64,000 nt of DNA from an uncultured Ruminococcus sp. (GTDB lineage: Bacteria; Bacillota; Clostridia; Oscillospirales; CAG-382): contig CAZYRT010000001.1 in NCBI GenBank assembly GCA_964650045.1, positions 3,272 through 67,271 of the forward strand, read 5' to 3'. The notes under the pieces were generated by a model. The model saw only the letters and a program-made list of their open reading frames with translations, searched no databases and had not been told where the DNA came from. Made by a program: the position numbers and the translations under genes. Below, piece after piece: positions 19,029-28,789 of the stretch (position 1 is the stretch's first letter; every line of letters begins with the position of its first letter).

Positions 19029-20375
19029 TTAACTTAATTCTGCTATTAAAGCCTTGATTTCCCTATCAAAATTAGCTTCTTCCTGCATTTTGCGTTCAAT
19101 AAAGCCAACAGAATTGATAACTGTTGTATGGTCTTTTTTATTAAAAAGCTTTGCAATGGATTTTTGAGAAAGATTGGTGCATTTTCTTATAAGATAGATA
19201 GCATAATGTCTTGCAATGATTATTTCGGCATTACGCTTTGAGCTTTTCATTTCCTCTTGTGTAACACCGAAACGTTTTTCGGCACATTCAAAAATACGTT
19301 CAATAACAGATTCCTCGCTTTTTGCGTTAACGAAAAAGGCATTCAAAACCTCTTTTGCCGTATAAAGGTCACAAACCTGACCAGTTATCAAAGAATGAGC
19401 TCTCAGCTTTTTCAAAGCACCTTCTATTTGACGTATATTGCTTGTTATGTTCTTTGCAAGGTAATAAAGAATTTCAATATCAAGGTCAAAACCGAAATCA
19501 TCGGCTTTTCTTTTGAAAATTGCAACTCTCAATTCAAGATCCGGCGGTTGAATATCGGCAACCAGCCCCATTTCAAATCTTGATTTAAGTCTGTCCTGCA
19601 AATTATCCATTGCCTGAGGAGGACAGTCTGCTGCAAGAATTATTTGCTTATTCATTTGAAACAAAGCATCGAATGTATGGAAGAATTCCTCCTGTGTTGA
19701 CATTTTTCCTGCAATAAACTGAATATCGTCAACCAATAAAACATCAACATTACGGAATTTTTCTCTGAATTGTGTTGTAGTTCTGTCTGCCAAGGCTTTT
19801 ACAAGACCGTTTGTAAATTCTTCGCCTGTTACATAGAGCACGTTATAATCGGGATGGTTCTTTCTTATTTCAGTAACAATAGCAAACATCAAATGAGTTT
19901 TGCCCAAACCGCTGGGACCGTATAAAAACAGAGGGTTATTAAGCTGTGCAGGATGCTTTGCAACAGCCAAAGCGGCAGATTGTGCAAGCTGATTAGATTT
20001 ACCCACAACGAAATTTTCAAAAGTATAATTAGGATTGAAGCGCATCTTATATGCCGACATATCCTTATCAATATCATTGTTTCCGCTTTCCTCGCTTTTG
20101 AAAAGCTTTATCATTTCGGCTTCTTCTTCATCGGTTATAAGTTTTAAATTAACATCAAAACCGAGAATTTCCGAAAATTTATTTTTCAATGCATCGTAAT
20201 ATTGAGTTTCTACAAAAGCCTTTTTACTTCTGGGAATAGAAACTGTTATACATTCATCCACAAGCTCAACAACTCTCATGGAGGAAAACCATAAATTAAA
20301 TGTTGCCGAGGAATAGTTTTTTTTCAGTTCCTCAAATACAAATTCCTTTATTTGTTTTAATTCTTCGTTGCTCAT
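19029..20375 (-). CDS. dnaA: Chromosomal replication initiator protein DnaA
   Basis: 448 aa. AAA+ Walker A GPSGLGKTHL, Walker B LLVDDIQF, and a C-terminal DNA-binding helix ...KKDHTTVINS. Confidence 0.97.
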   Translation of the reverse strand: MSNEELKQIKEFVFEELKKNYSSATFNLWFSSMRVVELVDECITVSIPRSKKAFVETQYYDALKNKFSEILGFDVNLKLITDEEEAEMIKLFKSEESGNNDIDKDMSAYKMRFNPNYTFENFVVGKSNQLAQSAALAVAKHPAQLNNPLFLYGPSGLGKTHLMFAIVTEIRKNHPDYNVLYVTGEEFTNGLVKALADRTTTQFREKFRNVDVLLVDDIQFIAGKMSTQEEFFHTFDALFQMNKQIILAADCPPQAMDNLQDRLKSRFEMGLVADIQPPDLELRVAIFKRKADDFGFDLDIEILYYLAKNITSNIRQIEGALKKLRAHSLITGQVCDLYTAKEVLNAFFVNAKSEESVIERIFECAEKRFGVTQEEMKSSKRNAEIIIARHYAIYLIRKCTNLSQKSIAKLFNKKDHTTVINSVGFIERKMQEEANFDREIKALIAELS

Positions 20376-20461
20376 CTCTATCTTTTCCGCAAAGGCGGTT
20401 TTTCCTTTTAATTATTTTATCTGAAAACAAAATGTATTTTTGACGAAATTATATCACAATG

Positions 20462-20490
20462 ATTATAACATAAATAAATAAAAATGTAAA
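20462..20490 (-). promoter_or_regulatory. Candidate dnaA promoter
   Basis: On the minus strand: TTTACA, 17 nt, TATAAT, about 85 nt upstream of the dnaA ATG. Confidence 0.4.
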
Positions 20491-20551
20491 CACTTTTTCC
20501 TACATTATTATTATATAATTTCAATTTTTAAGGTGTTTTTTTCACATATTG

Positions 20552-20580
20552 TTGACAATACTTTTTATTTGAATTATAAT
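20552..20580 (+). promoter_or_regulatory. Candidate promoter of the GT-C-like gene
   Basis: TTGACA (20552-20557), 17-nt spacer, TATAAT (20575-20580). Confidence 0.5.
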
Positions 20581-20613
20581 CAAAAAAACAACTCTGCTTC
20601 AGGAGGATTTTTT

Positions 20614-22143
20614 ATGTCGAATCAAGAAAAATTTATTTTCAAATATCGATATGCCATTTTGTTTATTTGCTGTCTTTTTACTTGTTTTTTTAACATTTTT
20701 CCTTCATGGCAAGAAATTTTTAATTATTCCAATCAAATTATTTTGATTTTTGGCATTATCATAACTCTTTTTCTTTATTTGATTATTTTTTGGAAAAAGC
20801 CTGGATTTTCAGAAAGAAATATTATTTTTCTTCTTTTTGCAATAGGCTTTGTTTTCCGTTTGACCTATGTTCAGTCAACAGGTCATCTTTCCCGTCAGCA
20901 TGATGTAGGCGGTAAAATGGGGCATTTGGAATATATTATGACATTAGTTGAAGGAAAAGGGCTTCCCCAAACTGATGTTTCAAAGCTTTGGCAATATTAT
21001 CAGCCGCCTCTTTGGCACACTATCTGTGCTGTATGGATAAAGATCCAGTTTGCTTTCGGTGTTGCAGAGGAGGCTGCTCTTGAAAATCTTCAGCATATTT
21101 CACTTTTTTGTTCCACAGCTATCATGTTTATTTCTCACAAGCTTTTCCGTTTGTTTAATCTTGAAAAAGCTCCCTTGGTAATAGCTTGTGCTATTGTAGC
21201 CTTTCATCCTACATTCATTATTCTTTCGGGAAGCATTAACAATGATGTTATGTCATTAATGCTGGCTCTTTTGGCTGTTGTTCTTGCAATTCAATGGTAC
21301 CGTGATCCGAAATTTTCAAATATAATTCCTCTTGGCTTTGTATTGGGTATTTCAATGGGTGTAAAAGTTTCGGGAGGCTTGGTTGCGGTTGGTATTGCAA
21401 CATTGTTTGCTGTCCGTCTTTTTGGTAAAAAATATCCAAACAAGCTTAATCTTGTAGGACAGTTTGCTTCCTTCGGTGTTATTTGTGTTCCTCTTGCTCT
21501 TTGGTGGCAGATACGTAATTTTGTTAAATTCGGAATTCCCTTGACATATATTCCGGGTCTTTCTGATACTCATAGCCAATATGTAGGTTTTCGTTCTGTT
21601 TTTGAACGCTTTTTCGATTTTTCGTCTCTTCGAACAGCGGGAGTTTATCCTGCAAGAATACCCCGAGATTATGATTTCTATGAATATAATATTCCCTTGG
21701 GAGCATTAAAAAGCTCGGTTTTCGGTGAATATTATATAGGCAAGGATACCGGAATCGAAATTTTCTCGGTAATACTTTTCTATTCTGCTGCTATTTTGGC
21801 TGTTTTATCTGTTATTTCCGCTGTTTATGTTGTTGTTAAAGCTGTTAAAGATTATAAAAATAACGGTGAAATTACCGCGACTGAATACATTTATCCCTTG
21901 ATTTGCGGTGCAACGATGATAGGTTCTTATATAAAATTCTGCTTTGATTTTGCTCATTTTTGCACAATGGATTTCCGTTATATTGCTATGACGATTGTTT
22001 TTGGTGCTCTATATCTTGGGCTTTTTACAAAATTGACACATAAAAACAACAAAATATTAGGTATATTTACTTTTGAATTGATCATCGTTTGTACTGTGAG
22101 TCTTTGTGTTTCCTCTCTCATGTTATATGGCACAATAGGTTAA
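20614..22143 (+). CDS. Multi-pass membrane protein, GT-C fold glycosyltransferase-like (ArnT/PMT family)
   Basis: ATG 20614 after AGGAGG. About 12 or more hydrophobic helices. A loop after TM1-2 carries RQHDVGG..GHLEY. Size and topology fit GT39/GT83-type enzymes. Family assignment not verified. Confidence 0.5.
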   Translation: MSNQEKFIFKYRYAILFICCLFTCFFNIFPSWQEIFNYSNQIILIFGIIITLFLYLIIFWKKPGFSERNIIFLLFAIGFVFRLTYVQSTGHLSRQHDVGGKMGHLEYIMTLVEGKGLPQTDVSKLWQYYQPPLWHTICAVWIKIQFAFGVAEEAALENLQHISLFCSTAIMFISHKLFRLFNLEKAPLVIACAIVAFHPTFIILSGSINNDVMSLMLALLAVVLAIQWYRDPKFSNIIPLGFVLGISMGVKVSGGLVAVGIATLFAVRLFGKKYPNKLNLVGQFASFGVICVPLALWWQIRNFVKFGIPLTYIPGLSDTHSQYVGFRSVFERFFDFSSLRTAGVYPARIPRDYDFYEYNIPLGALKSSVFGEYYIGKDTGIEIFSVILFYSAAILAVLSVISAVYVVVKAVKDYKNNGEITATEYIYPLICGATMIGSYIKFCFDFAHFCTMDFRYIAMTIVFGALYLGLFTKLTHKNNKILGIFTFELIIVCTVSLCVSSLMLYGTIG

Positions 22144-22169
22144 AAGTATTGAAAAATCAAGAAAAATGC

Positions 22170-22199
22170 TTGACAAAATGGGAAAAATGAGTATATAAT
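22170..22199 (+). promoter_or_regulatory. Candidate rpmH promoter
   Basis: TTGACA (22170-22175), 18-nt spacer, TATAAT (22194-22199). Confidence 0.5.
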
Positions 22200-22322
22200 A
22201 TACAATGCCTTGCCATGCGAGGGACAACCATAACCAAAGCATTGTAATACTTTGGCTAACCACGGACGTGTGGCAAAATAATCATTACTAATGTTTTAAA
22301 TCTCATAGGAGGTGTAATACCA

Positions 22323-22457
22323 ATGCTCAGAACATATCAACCTAAGAAAAGACACAGAAAGGCCGAACACGGCTTCAGAAAGAGAATGGCTACCACAAAC
22401 GGCAGAAAGGTTCTCAAGAGAAGACGTGCAAAGGGCAGAGCAAGACTCACTTATTAA
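22323..22457 (+). CDS. rpmH: 50S ribosomal protein L34
   Basis: Not in the ORF track (44 aa): [53 protein letters not shown]. Confidence 0.95.
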   Translation: MLRTYQPKKRHRKAEHGFRKRMATTNGRKVLKRRRAKGRARLTY

Positions 22458-22474
22458 TTTGTACCAAATCCTTT

Positions 22475-22819
22475 ATGAATAAACCAAAAAGGATACAGAT
22501 GCTGAAGGAAAATCACCTGTTCACAAAGGCGTATCGCAAGGGCAGGTGCTTTTCTGGACGGTACATTGCTCTGTATATTCTCAAGAATAACGACAAAAAT
22601 TCAAAAAAATTCGGAATAACCGTGTCAAAAAACCGCGGAAACGCTGTTAAACGCAACCGTTGCAAGCGTGTCATCCGCGAGTCTTACCGAACCTTTCATC
22701 CATTTATAAAAGATGGATACATTATTGTTATTGTCGCACGTCAACCTTGTGTTGAGGCTCCTGTTTCCGTGGTAACAAGTGAGTTGGAATCTTTATTGGA
22801 AAAAGCGGCACTTTTATAA
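22475..22819 (+). CDS. rnpA: Ribonuclease P protein component
   Basis: 114 aa. Follows rpmH. The RNR motif is present as [14 protein letters not shown]. Confidence 0.9.
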   Translation: MNKPKRIQMLKENHLFTKAYRKGRCFSGRYIALYILKNNDKNSKKFGITVSKNRGNAVKRNRCKRVIRESYRTFHPFIKDGYIIVIVARQPCVEAPVSVVTSELESLLEKAALL

Positions 22820-22827
22820 ATATTAAA

Positions 22828-23070
22828 ATGAAAAAGATTATAATTAAACTGATACGGTTTTATCAAAAGAACATCTCATCACAAAGGCCCCGTTGTTGCC
22901 GTTTTTATCCCACCTGCTCGGCTTATGCTATTGAAGCTATGGAAAAACGCGGCTTATTCGTAGGGCTTTTACTTGCGTTGTACCGAATTTTGCGTTGTAA
23001 CCCCTTTTCCAAGGGAGGTTATGACCCTGTACCTGAAAAGAAAGAACGCAGGAAAAAATTAATTAGATAG
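22828..23070 (+). CDS. yidD: Membrane protein insertion efficiency factor YidD
   Basis: [27 protein letters not shown] is the hallmark YidD motif. Confidence 0.9.
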   Translation: MKKIIIKLIRFYQKNISSQRPRCCRFYPTCSAYAIEAMEKRGLFVGLLLALYRILRCNPFSKGGYDPVPEKKERRKKLIR

Positions 23071-23202
23071 AATAACAGAAAATTGTTATTTATTATCTAA
23101 AAGCTATTGAGTCAAGGTTGATGAATAATCTTGGCTGTGTTTTGCGCGGTAAAGGCTTTATTTTGAAATTGAATAATACCGTGCTTTTTGAAAAGGAGTA
23201 TT

Positions 23203-24408
23203 ATGAACTTTTTATATGTACCTTTTTCTTGGATTATGAAGCTTTGTTTGACTATGGCAGGCAATTCTTATTTGTTTGCATTGCTGTTTTTTGCGCTTAT
23301 AATCCAAATTATTTTGCTTCCTCTTGCAATCAAACAGCAAAAATCTCAGATCAAAATGGCTTCAGTAAAGCCTAAAGAAATGGCTATACGTGAAAAGTAC
23401 AAGGGCAGAAACGATAATGTTACCCGCCAGAAGATGCAGATGGAGATACAGGAAATGTATCAGCAGGCAGGTGCAAGTCCTTTTTCAGGCTGTCTTCCTT
23501 TGCTCATTCAGCTTCCCATCATTTTTATACTTTTCACAATTGTAAGAAACCCTATAAGCTATGCAACTAATATTGAAAATTTCGATTCCGAAGCTCAGGC
23601 AAATGCTGCTGTTGAGTTTTATGAAAAGGAAAAGGAATTGCTTATTGCCGACCAATTTGAGGAAGGCGAATATGATAAGCTTATAGAAACTATCGACGGT
23701 TATATCACATCGCTTAAAAGCCAAAGCTTGCGCGAAATGGAAATTTCCCGTCTTATTATTGACGGTGAAGATACTATGAATCAGCTTGTTGAAGAAGGCA
23801 AGCTTAACAGCGAGATAGTAGCTCTTTACAGCGAAAAGAATTTTGCACAATACAGAAGCGAGCTTCCTGATTATACTGTAGGTCCCATTAATCTTATTGA
23901 TGAACCTGATTTTGACGGTGATCCTTGGCTTCTCTTGATTCCTCTTCTTGTTTTCTTGACATCCTTTATTTCTACAAAGCTTACAAGACGTTTTTCCGGT
24001 GCAACTCAGCAGACCGACGAAAACGGAAATCCTATCGGCGGCGGTTTGTTTATGGAAGTGGGTATGCCCTTGATGTCTGCAATATTCACTTTCTCCTTTT
24101 CCGCAGCTATCGGCGTTTACTGGATTTGGAGAACCTTGATCAGTATGATCCAATCCTTCGCTATGGCAAAGCTTCTTCCCATTCCTAAGGTTACCGAGGA
24201 AGACATTGCTGCTGCAAAAAAAGAATTGAAGATTTCTCAAAAATCCAAGAAAAAGAAGGTCATCACCATTGAAGTTGACGAGGATGATAATAGCTATGAC
24301 GATTTGGTGGTAAACAAAGACGGTACCCGTACAAAAACAATTGATGTAACCCAAAGAACACCCAGAAAAATCGAAATGCTCACCGATGACGATGAGACTG
24401 AAGAATAA
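23203..24408 (+). CDS. yidC: Membrane protein insertase YidC/SpoIIIJ family
   Basis: ATG 23203 after AAGGAG; the track start 23188 is TTG inside the RBS region. QQKSQIKMASVKPKEMAIREKYK and PLLIQLPI motifs. Long inserted helical region and a C-terminal charged tail. Confidence 0.9.
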   Translation: MNFLYVPFSWIMKLCLTMAGNSYLFALLFFALIIQIILLPLAIKQQKSQIKMASVKPKEMAIREKYKGRNDNVTRQKMQMEIQEMYQQAGASPFSGCLPLLIQLPIIFILFTIVRNPISYATNIENFDSEAQANAAVEFYEKEKELLIADQFEEGEYDKLIETIDGYITSLKSQSLREMEISRLIIDGEDTMNQLVEEGKLNSEIVALYSEKNFAQYRSELPDYTVGPINLIDEPDFDGDPWLLLIPLLVFLTSFISTKLTRRFSGATQQTDENGNPIGGGLFMEVGMPLMSAIFTFSFSAAIGVYWIWRTLISMIQSFAMAKLLPIPKVTEEDIAAAKKELKISQKSKKKKVITIEVDEDDNSYDDLVVNKDGTRTKTIDVTQRTPRKIEMLTDDDETEE

Positions 24409-24444
24409 TTTGTTTTTAATTGAATTAATTGAAAGGTAAGGAAT

Positions 24445-25071
24445 ATGTTAAAACAAACCGTTGCAACTGCTTCAACTATCGAAGCGGCAGTAAATGCGGC
24501 TTGCGTAGAGCTTGGTGTTGAAAGCACTGAGGTTGATTATGTTGTTCTCGAAGAACCCAAAAAGGGATTCCTCGGATTCGGCGCAAGCGATGCTAAGGTT
24601 CAGGTTACTGTTAAATCCACTCCTGCGCTTAAAGCAGTTGAATTTATCGAAAATATTATTAAAAATATGGGTCTTAAGGCTGAAATTGAAATTCAGTCTA
24701 AGGATGATGAGGGTGTAACCCTTAACATAAAGGGCGAAGGTCTCGGCGCTTTAATCGGCAGACGAGGCGATGTTCTTGATTCTCTTCAGTATCTTGCAAC
24801 TCTCGCTGCAAATATCAACAGAAGCGGTTTTTACCGTGTTACAGTTGATGTTCAGGGTTACCGTGAGAAGAGAGCGGAAACTCTCCGCGGTGTTGCAAAG
24901 AGAATGAGTGAAAAGGTTCTTAAATACAAAAAGAGTTTTGCTCTTGAGCCTATGAACGCTTATGAAAGACGTATCATTCATTCAGCTTGTCAGGATATCC
25001 CCGGTGTAACCACGCGTTCCATCGGCGAAGGCGCTGAACGTAAGATCGTAATTTCCCCTGAGAAAAAATAA
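24445..25071 (+). CDS. jag: Jag/KhpB RNA-binding protein (Jag_N-KH-R3H)
   Basis: Follows yidC. KH-like GLGALIGRRG. R3H motif YERRIIHSA. Confidence 0.85.
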   Translation: MLKQTVATASTIEAAVNAACVELGVESTEVDYVVLEEPKKGFLGFGASDAKVQVTVKSTPALKAVEFIENIIKNMGLKAEIEIQSKDDEGVTLNIKGEGLGALIGRRGDVLDSLQYLATLAANINRSGFYRVTVDVQGYREKRAETLRGVAKRMSEKVLKYKKSFALEPMNAYERRIIHSACQDIPGVTTRSIGEGAERKIVISPEKK

Positions 25072-25087
25072 CATAGAAGATAAAGAA

Positions 25088-25126
25088 AATATGCTTCCCG
25101 TTTTTTCGAGAAGCATATTCTTTTTT
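25088..25126. terminator. Bidirectional terminator (jag / ybaK)
   Basis: AATATGCTTC-loop-GAAGCATATT 10-bp stem followed by TTTTTT, between convergent genes. Confidence 0.75.
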
Positions 25127-25137
25127 ATATCTATTAT

Positions 25138-25626
25138 CTATTTTCTAGTCAACGGGTACAACTCAAATTCAATAACCTTTTTCAGTTCATCAAGGCTTAT
25201 TTCAATATGTCTGCCTATTTTTCCCCCAGAAAATATTATTTTTTCGTGGTTTTGCGCTGATATATCAAAAACTGTTCGAAAGAATTTTTTCATTCCGATA
25301 GGAGAACATCCTCCGTGAATATATCCTGTTAAAGGCAGTAATTCCGCTTGCTTTATCATAGAAATTGATTTTTCTCCAACAGCGCAGGCGGCTTTTTTTA
25401 AATCAAGCTCCTCTGCCACGGGAATAACAAAAACATAATTTTTCTTTGATGGAGCAACCGTTACAAGAGTTTTAAAGGCAGAGCTTTCGTCTACACCAAG
25501 CATTTTTGCGATTTCCACACCGCTGTGGGCAACCTTAGTTTCATAGCAATGAGGGATATATTGAGCTTTTGCAAAATCAAGCTGGCGCATTGCATTGGTT
25601 TTTTCGTCATTTTTCAAGTGAATCAC
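25138..25626 (-). CDS. ybaK: Cys-tRNA(Pro)/Cys-tRNA(Cys) deacylase YbaK
   Basis: 162 aa. TNAMRQLD..., KTLV, GYIHGGCSPIGMKK are typical of the YbaK/EbsC editing domain. Confidence 0.85.
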   Translation of the reverse strand: MIHLKNDEKTNAMRQLDFAKAQYIPHCYETKVAHSGVEIAKMLGVDESSAFKTLVTVAPSKKNYVFVIPVAEELDLKKAACAVGEKSISMIKQAELLPLTGYIHGGCSPIGMKKFFRTVFDISAQNHEKIIFSGGKIGRHIEISLDELKKVIEFELYPLTRK

Positions 25627-25747
25627 ATCCTTTTGTATGTTTTATATTACCATAAATTGCAGTTATAAGCAATTATATCTTGAAATATTTTTTTATTTAT
25701 GTATAATGAAAGTGTATGACAAAAAATTAACCAAAGGGGACTTTTAA

Positions 25748-27562
25748 ATGAAAAAGTGGAATTTTTATACTACTAATGAAATCAAACCCTCGGGATGGAT
25801 CAAAAGACAGCTTGAAATTCAAGCAGAGGGCTTGAACGGTAACCTTGATAAAGTTTGGCGCGATGTTCGCGACAGTAAATGGATCGGCGGAGATGCCGAA
25901 GGCTGGGAAAGAGTTCCCTATTGGTTGGATGGATTTATTCCTCTTGCTTATCTTCTTGAAAACGAGGATATGATCGCAAGAGCAAAGAAATATATCGATG
26001 CTATCATTTCCTTCCAAAAGCCCGATGGCTGGCTTTGCCCCTGTGATGACGATAAGAGGGCAACCTATGATACCTGGGCGGTTCTTCTTCTTTCCAAGGT
26101 TTTGACAGTTTATTACGAATGCTCCAAGGATGAAAAGATTCCCGATGTTCTCTATCGCACTCTTAAAAATTATTATGATCTTCTCGTAAAGGGTGAGGTA
26201 AAGCTTTTTGATTGGGGTAAATACCGTTGGTATGAAGGCTTTATTGCAATCGATTTCCTTTACAAGAGATATAACGAGGAATGGCTCCTTGATTTGGCAA
26301 AGCTTCTCAAAGCTCAGGGTATGGATTACAATACAGTTATAGACCAATGGAAGCGTCCTCTTAATAAATGGACTTTCGATACTCACATCGTTAACCTTGT
26401 TATGACAATGAAGCATGAGGCTGTTTCCTGTGACCTTCTCGGTCAGGAATACACAGACGATGCGGAAAAGCTTGTTTCTGTTCTCGAACGTTACAACGGT
26501 ATGCCTGTCGGTATGTTCACAGGTGACGAATGCCTTTCCGGTCTTTCTCCCATTCAGGGCGCAGAGCTTTGTTCTGTTGTTGAATTGATGTATTGCTATG
26601 AAATCCTTTATGCATACACAGGTGACAGAAAATGGGCAGAACGCTTGGAATTGCTTGCATTTAACGCTCTTCCTGCAACAATAAGCGATGATATGTGGGC
26701 GCACCAATACGGTCAGATGTCCAACCAGATCGCTTGTATCCGCTTCCCCGGCAAGTCTATTTTCCGTACAAACAACAGCGAAGCTCACATGTTCGGTCTT
26801 GAGCCTAACTTCGGCTGCTGTACCGCAAACTTTGGTCAAGGCTGGCCCAAGCTTACCCTTTCCACCTTCATGCACAACGGCAACACAGTTATCAGCGCAG
26901 TTCCGGTTCCCTCTGTTCTTAATGCTGACGGAAAGAATATCAAGCTTGAAACAAATTATCCCTTCGAAAACAGCTTCAAATACACAATCAATGCCGAAAA
27001 TCCCTTTGAATTTAAGGTTCGTGTTCCTTCCTTTGCAAAGAATCTTACAGTAAACGGTGCTTCTGCTGACGGCGAAATGCTTTCCTTCGATATTTCCGCA
27101 GGCGAAACTGTTATTGAAATCAGCTTTGATGTTAAGCCCTATTTTGAAAAGCGTCCTTATGATTTGAACACAGTTAAATGCGGTTCTCTTGCCTTTGCGG
27201 TTAATATCGGCTATGAGCCTAAAATGCGTGAATATGAAGCAGACGGAATCGAAAGAAAGTTCCCCTACTGCGACTATGAATATTATCCCACAACAGATGA
27301 ATGGAATTATGCATATTGCGGCGATACCGAGCTTGTTGTGGAAAGAAGAGAAATTTCGGATATTCCTTTCTCCTCCAAGAATCCTCCTGTTGTTGTAAAA
27401 GCGGGTGTTAAGAAGATTTCTTGGGGCTTGCAGGACGGTTACGAAACCGTTTGCGCTAAGGTTCCCGAATCCAGAACCCCCGTTTCCGATGAAAAGGTTA
27501 TCGAGCTTTATCCCTATGGCTGTGCTAAGCTCAGAATGACCGAGCTTCCCTTCACCGTTTGA
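25748..27562 (+). CDS. DUF1680 / GH127-like beta-L-arabinofuranosidase family protein
   Basis: 604 aa. The N-terminus ...GWIKRQLEIQAEGLNGNLDKVW...GWERVPYWLDG and a Cys-rich CCTANFGQGWPK segment recall the GH127 family. From memory, not searched. Confidence 0.55.
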   Translation: MKKWNFYTTNEIKPSGWIKRQLEIQAEGLNGNLDKVWRDVRDSKWIGGDAEGWERVPYWLDGFIPLAYLLENEDMIARAKKYIDAIISFQKPDGWLCPCDDDKRATYDTWAVLLLSKVLTVYYECSKDEKIPDVLYRTLKNYYDLLVKGEVKLFDWGKYRWYEGFIAIDFLYKRYNEEWLLDLAKLLKAQGMDYNTVIDQWKRPLNKWTFDTHIVNLVMTMKHEAVSCDLLGQEYTDDAEKLVSVLERYNGMPVGMFTGDECLSGLSPIQGAELCSVVELMYCYEILYAYTGDRKWAERLELLAFNALPATISDDMWAHQYGQMSNQIACIRFPGKSIFRTNNSEAHMFGLEPNFGCCTANFGQGWPKLTLSTFMHNGNTVISAVPVPSVLNADGKNIKLETNYPFENSFKYTINAENPFEFKVRVPSFAKNLTVNGASADGEMLSFDISAGETVIEISFDVKPYFEKRPYDLNTVKCGSLAFAVNIGYEPKMREYEADGIERKFPYCDYEYYPTTDEWNYAYCGDTELVVERREISDIPFSSKNPPVVVKAGVKKISWGLQDGYETVCAKVPESRTPVSDEKVIELYPYGCAKLRMTELPFTV

Positions 27563-27614
27563 TTTAGCTCCCGCGGCGTACTCGACTCAAACTGCAAGCA
27601 CTCATCCGCGTGAG
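27563..27614 (+). repeat. R2-related repeat, copy E (E/F subfamily), in the 3' UTR
   Basis: TTTAGCTCCCGCGGCGTACTCGACTCAAACTGCAAGCACTCATCCGCGTGAG begins right after the stop codon. Its downstream tail ATGTAGTTTATTAAATCAAAATA parallels copy F. Confidence 0.65.
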
Positions 27615-27661
27615 ATGTAGTTTATTAAATCAAAATAAATACCATTCCTATAAAGATATTG

Positions 27662-27697
27662 AAACCTCGATGAATTTCATCGAGGTTTTGTTCTTTT
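27662..27697 (+). terminator. Rho-independent terminator of the GH127-like gene
   Basis: AAACCTCGATGAA-TT-TCATCGAGGTTT stem followed by TGTTCTTTT. Confidence 0.8.
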
Positions 27698-27748
27698 AAT
27701 CTATAAGCACAAACATTTTTTGTATTATACAACATAAAATAAATGCCA

Positions 27749-27858
27749 AGTGATATTCTTTGTTACGCAAAGAGTGATATTTTCTTACGAAATGATATTA
27801 CTCCCTTTGGTCGTAGTGATATTTTATTCGCCTTATATACCTGCGAAGCAATATCACT
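27749..27858. repeat. AGTGATAT-plus-hairpin array downstream of tpiA
   Basis: AGTGATAT at 27749, 27773 and 27815, AATGATAT at 27791, and an inverted ATATCACT at 27851. Spacing is 18-24 nt. Each spacer holds a different short palindrome, for example CTTTG..CAAAG. Confidence 0.8.
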
Positions 27859-27879
27859 CGCCAAATATATTATTTGGCG

Positions 27880-27915
27880 AATAAAACTGCGAGACTTCCC
27901 ATAAGGAAGTCTCGC
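27880..27915 (-). terminator. tpiA terminator
   Basis: GCGAGACTTCC-CATAA-GGAAGTCTCGC is a perfect 11-bp stem. On the minus strand it is followed by AGTTTTATT. Confidence 0.8.
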
Positions 27916-27957
27916 AACGAGGCTCTTTAATATTCTCTATGGGAGATTTATTCTCAA

Positions 27958-28731
27958 TTAGAGAGCTGCGGAGATGATTGTTGCGAAATCGGGAGCCTTA
28001 AGAGAAGCGCCGCCGATAAGACCGCCGTCAACATTTTCCTTGGAAAGGAGCTCTTCACAGTTCTTAGCGTTCATTGAACCGCCGTACTGGATTGTAGTAG
28101 CCTTAGCAACACAGTCGTTGTAAAGACCTGCAACAACGTTACGGATGATACCGCAAACCTCGTCAGCCTGGTCAGAAGTAGCAGTTTTGCCGGTACCGAT
28201 AGCCCAAACAGGCTCGTAAGCGATGATGATGTTCTTCATCTGTTCTTCGGAAACACCCATAAGAGCGATCTTTGTCTGCATAGCAACGATTTCGCCGGTG
28301 ATGCCCTGTTCGCGTTCTTCAAGAAGCTCGCCAACACAGAGGATAACCTTCAAGCCTGCTTCGAGAGCGGCGAGAACGCGCTTGTTAACGGTAACATCGG
28401 TTTCACCGAAATACTGTCTGCGTTCGCTGTGACCGATGATAACATAGTTAACACCGCAAGCTACGAGCATATCAGCGCTGATTTCGCCTGTGTATGCACC
28501 ACTCTTTTCCCAGTGGCAGTTTTCTGCGCCGATCTGGATAGGAGAACCTGCTGCTGCCTTAACAGCCGCATCAATATCAACATAAGGTACGCATGCGATG
28601 ATACCGCATCCGGATGTATCCTTGCCCGCAAGCTCTGCTTTGATAGCTTCGATAAGTTCAACGGCTTCAGCAGGAGTCTTGTTCATTTTCCAGTTACCTG
28701 CGATAATTGCTTTTCTAAATTGCTTGTTCAT
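27958..28731 (-). CDS. tpiA: Triosephosphate isomerase
   Basis: AGNWKMN, IGHSERR, AYEPVWAIGTG. Confidence 0.96.
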   Translation of the reverse strand: MNKQFRKAIIAGNWKMNKTPAEAVELIEAIKAELAGKDTSGCGIIACVPYVDIDAAVKAAAGSPIQIGAENCHWEKSGAYTGEISADMLVACGVNYVIIGHSERRQYFGETDVTVNKRVLAALEAGLKVILCVGELLEEREQGITGEIVAMQTKIALMGVSEEQMKNIIIAYEPVWAIGTGKTATSDQADEVCGIIRNVVAGLYNDCVAKATTIQYGGSMNAKNCEELLSKENVDGGLIGGASLKAPDFATIISAAL

Positions 28732-28789
28732 AATTTATTGATCCTTTATTAATATTTTATATTATTTTTCCAAGAAAAATATACATTTA

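Noticed and set aside
23485-24354. 289-aa minus-strand ORF; also the 288-aa plus-strand ORF at 28976-29842
   Set aside because: They are antisense to yidC and pgk respectively. The sense genes are unambiguous.
25727-26875. 382-aa minus-strand ORF
   Set aside because: Antisense to the GH127-like gene. No recognisable domain. A shadow ORF.
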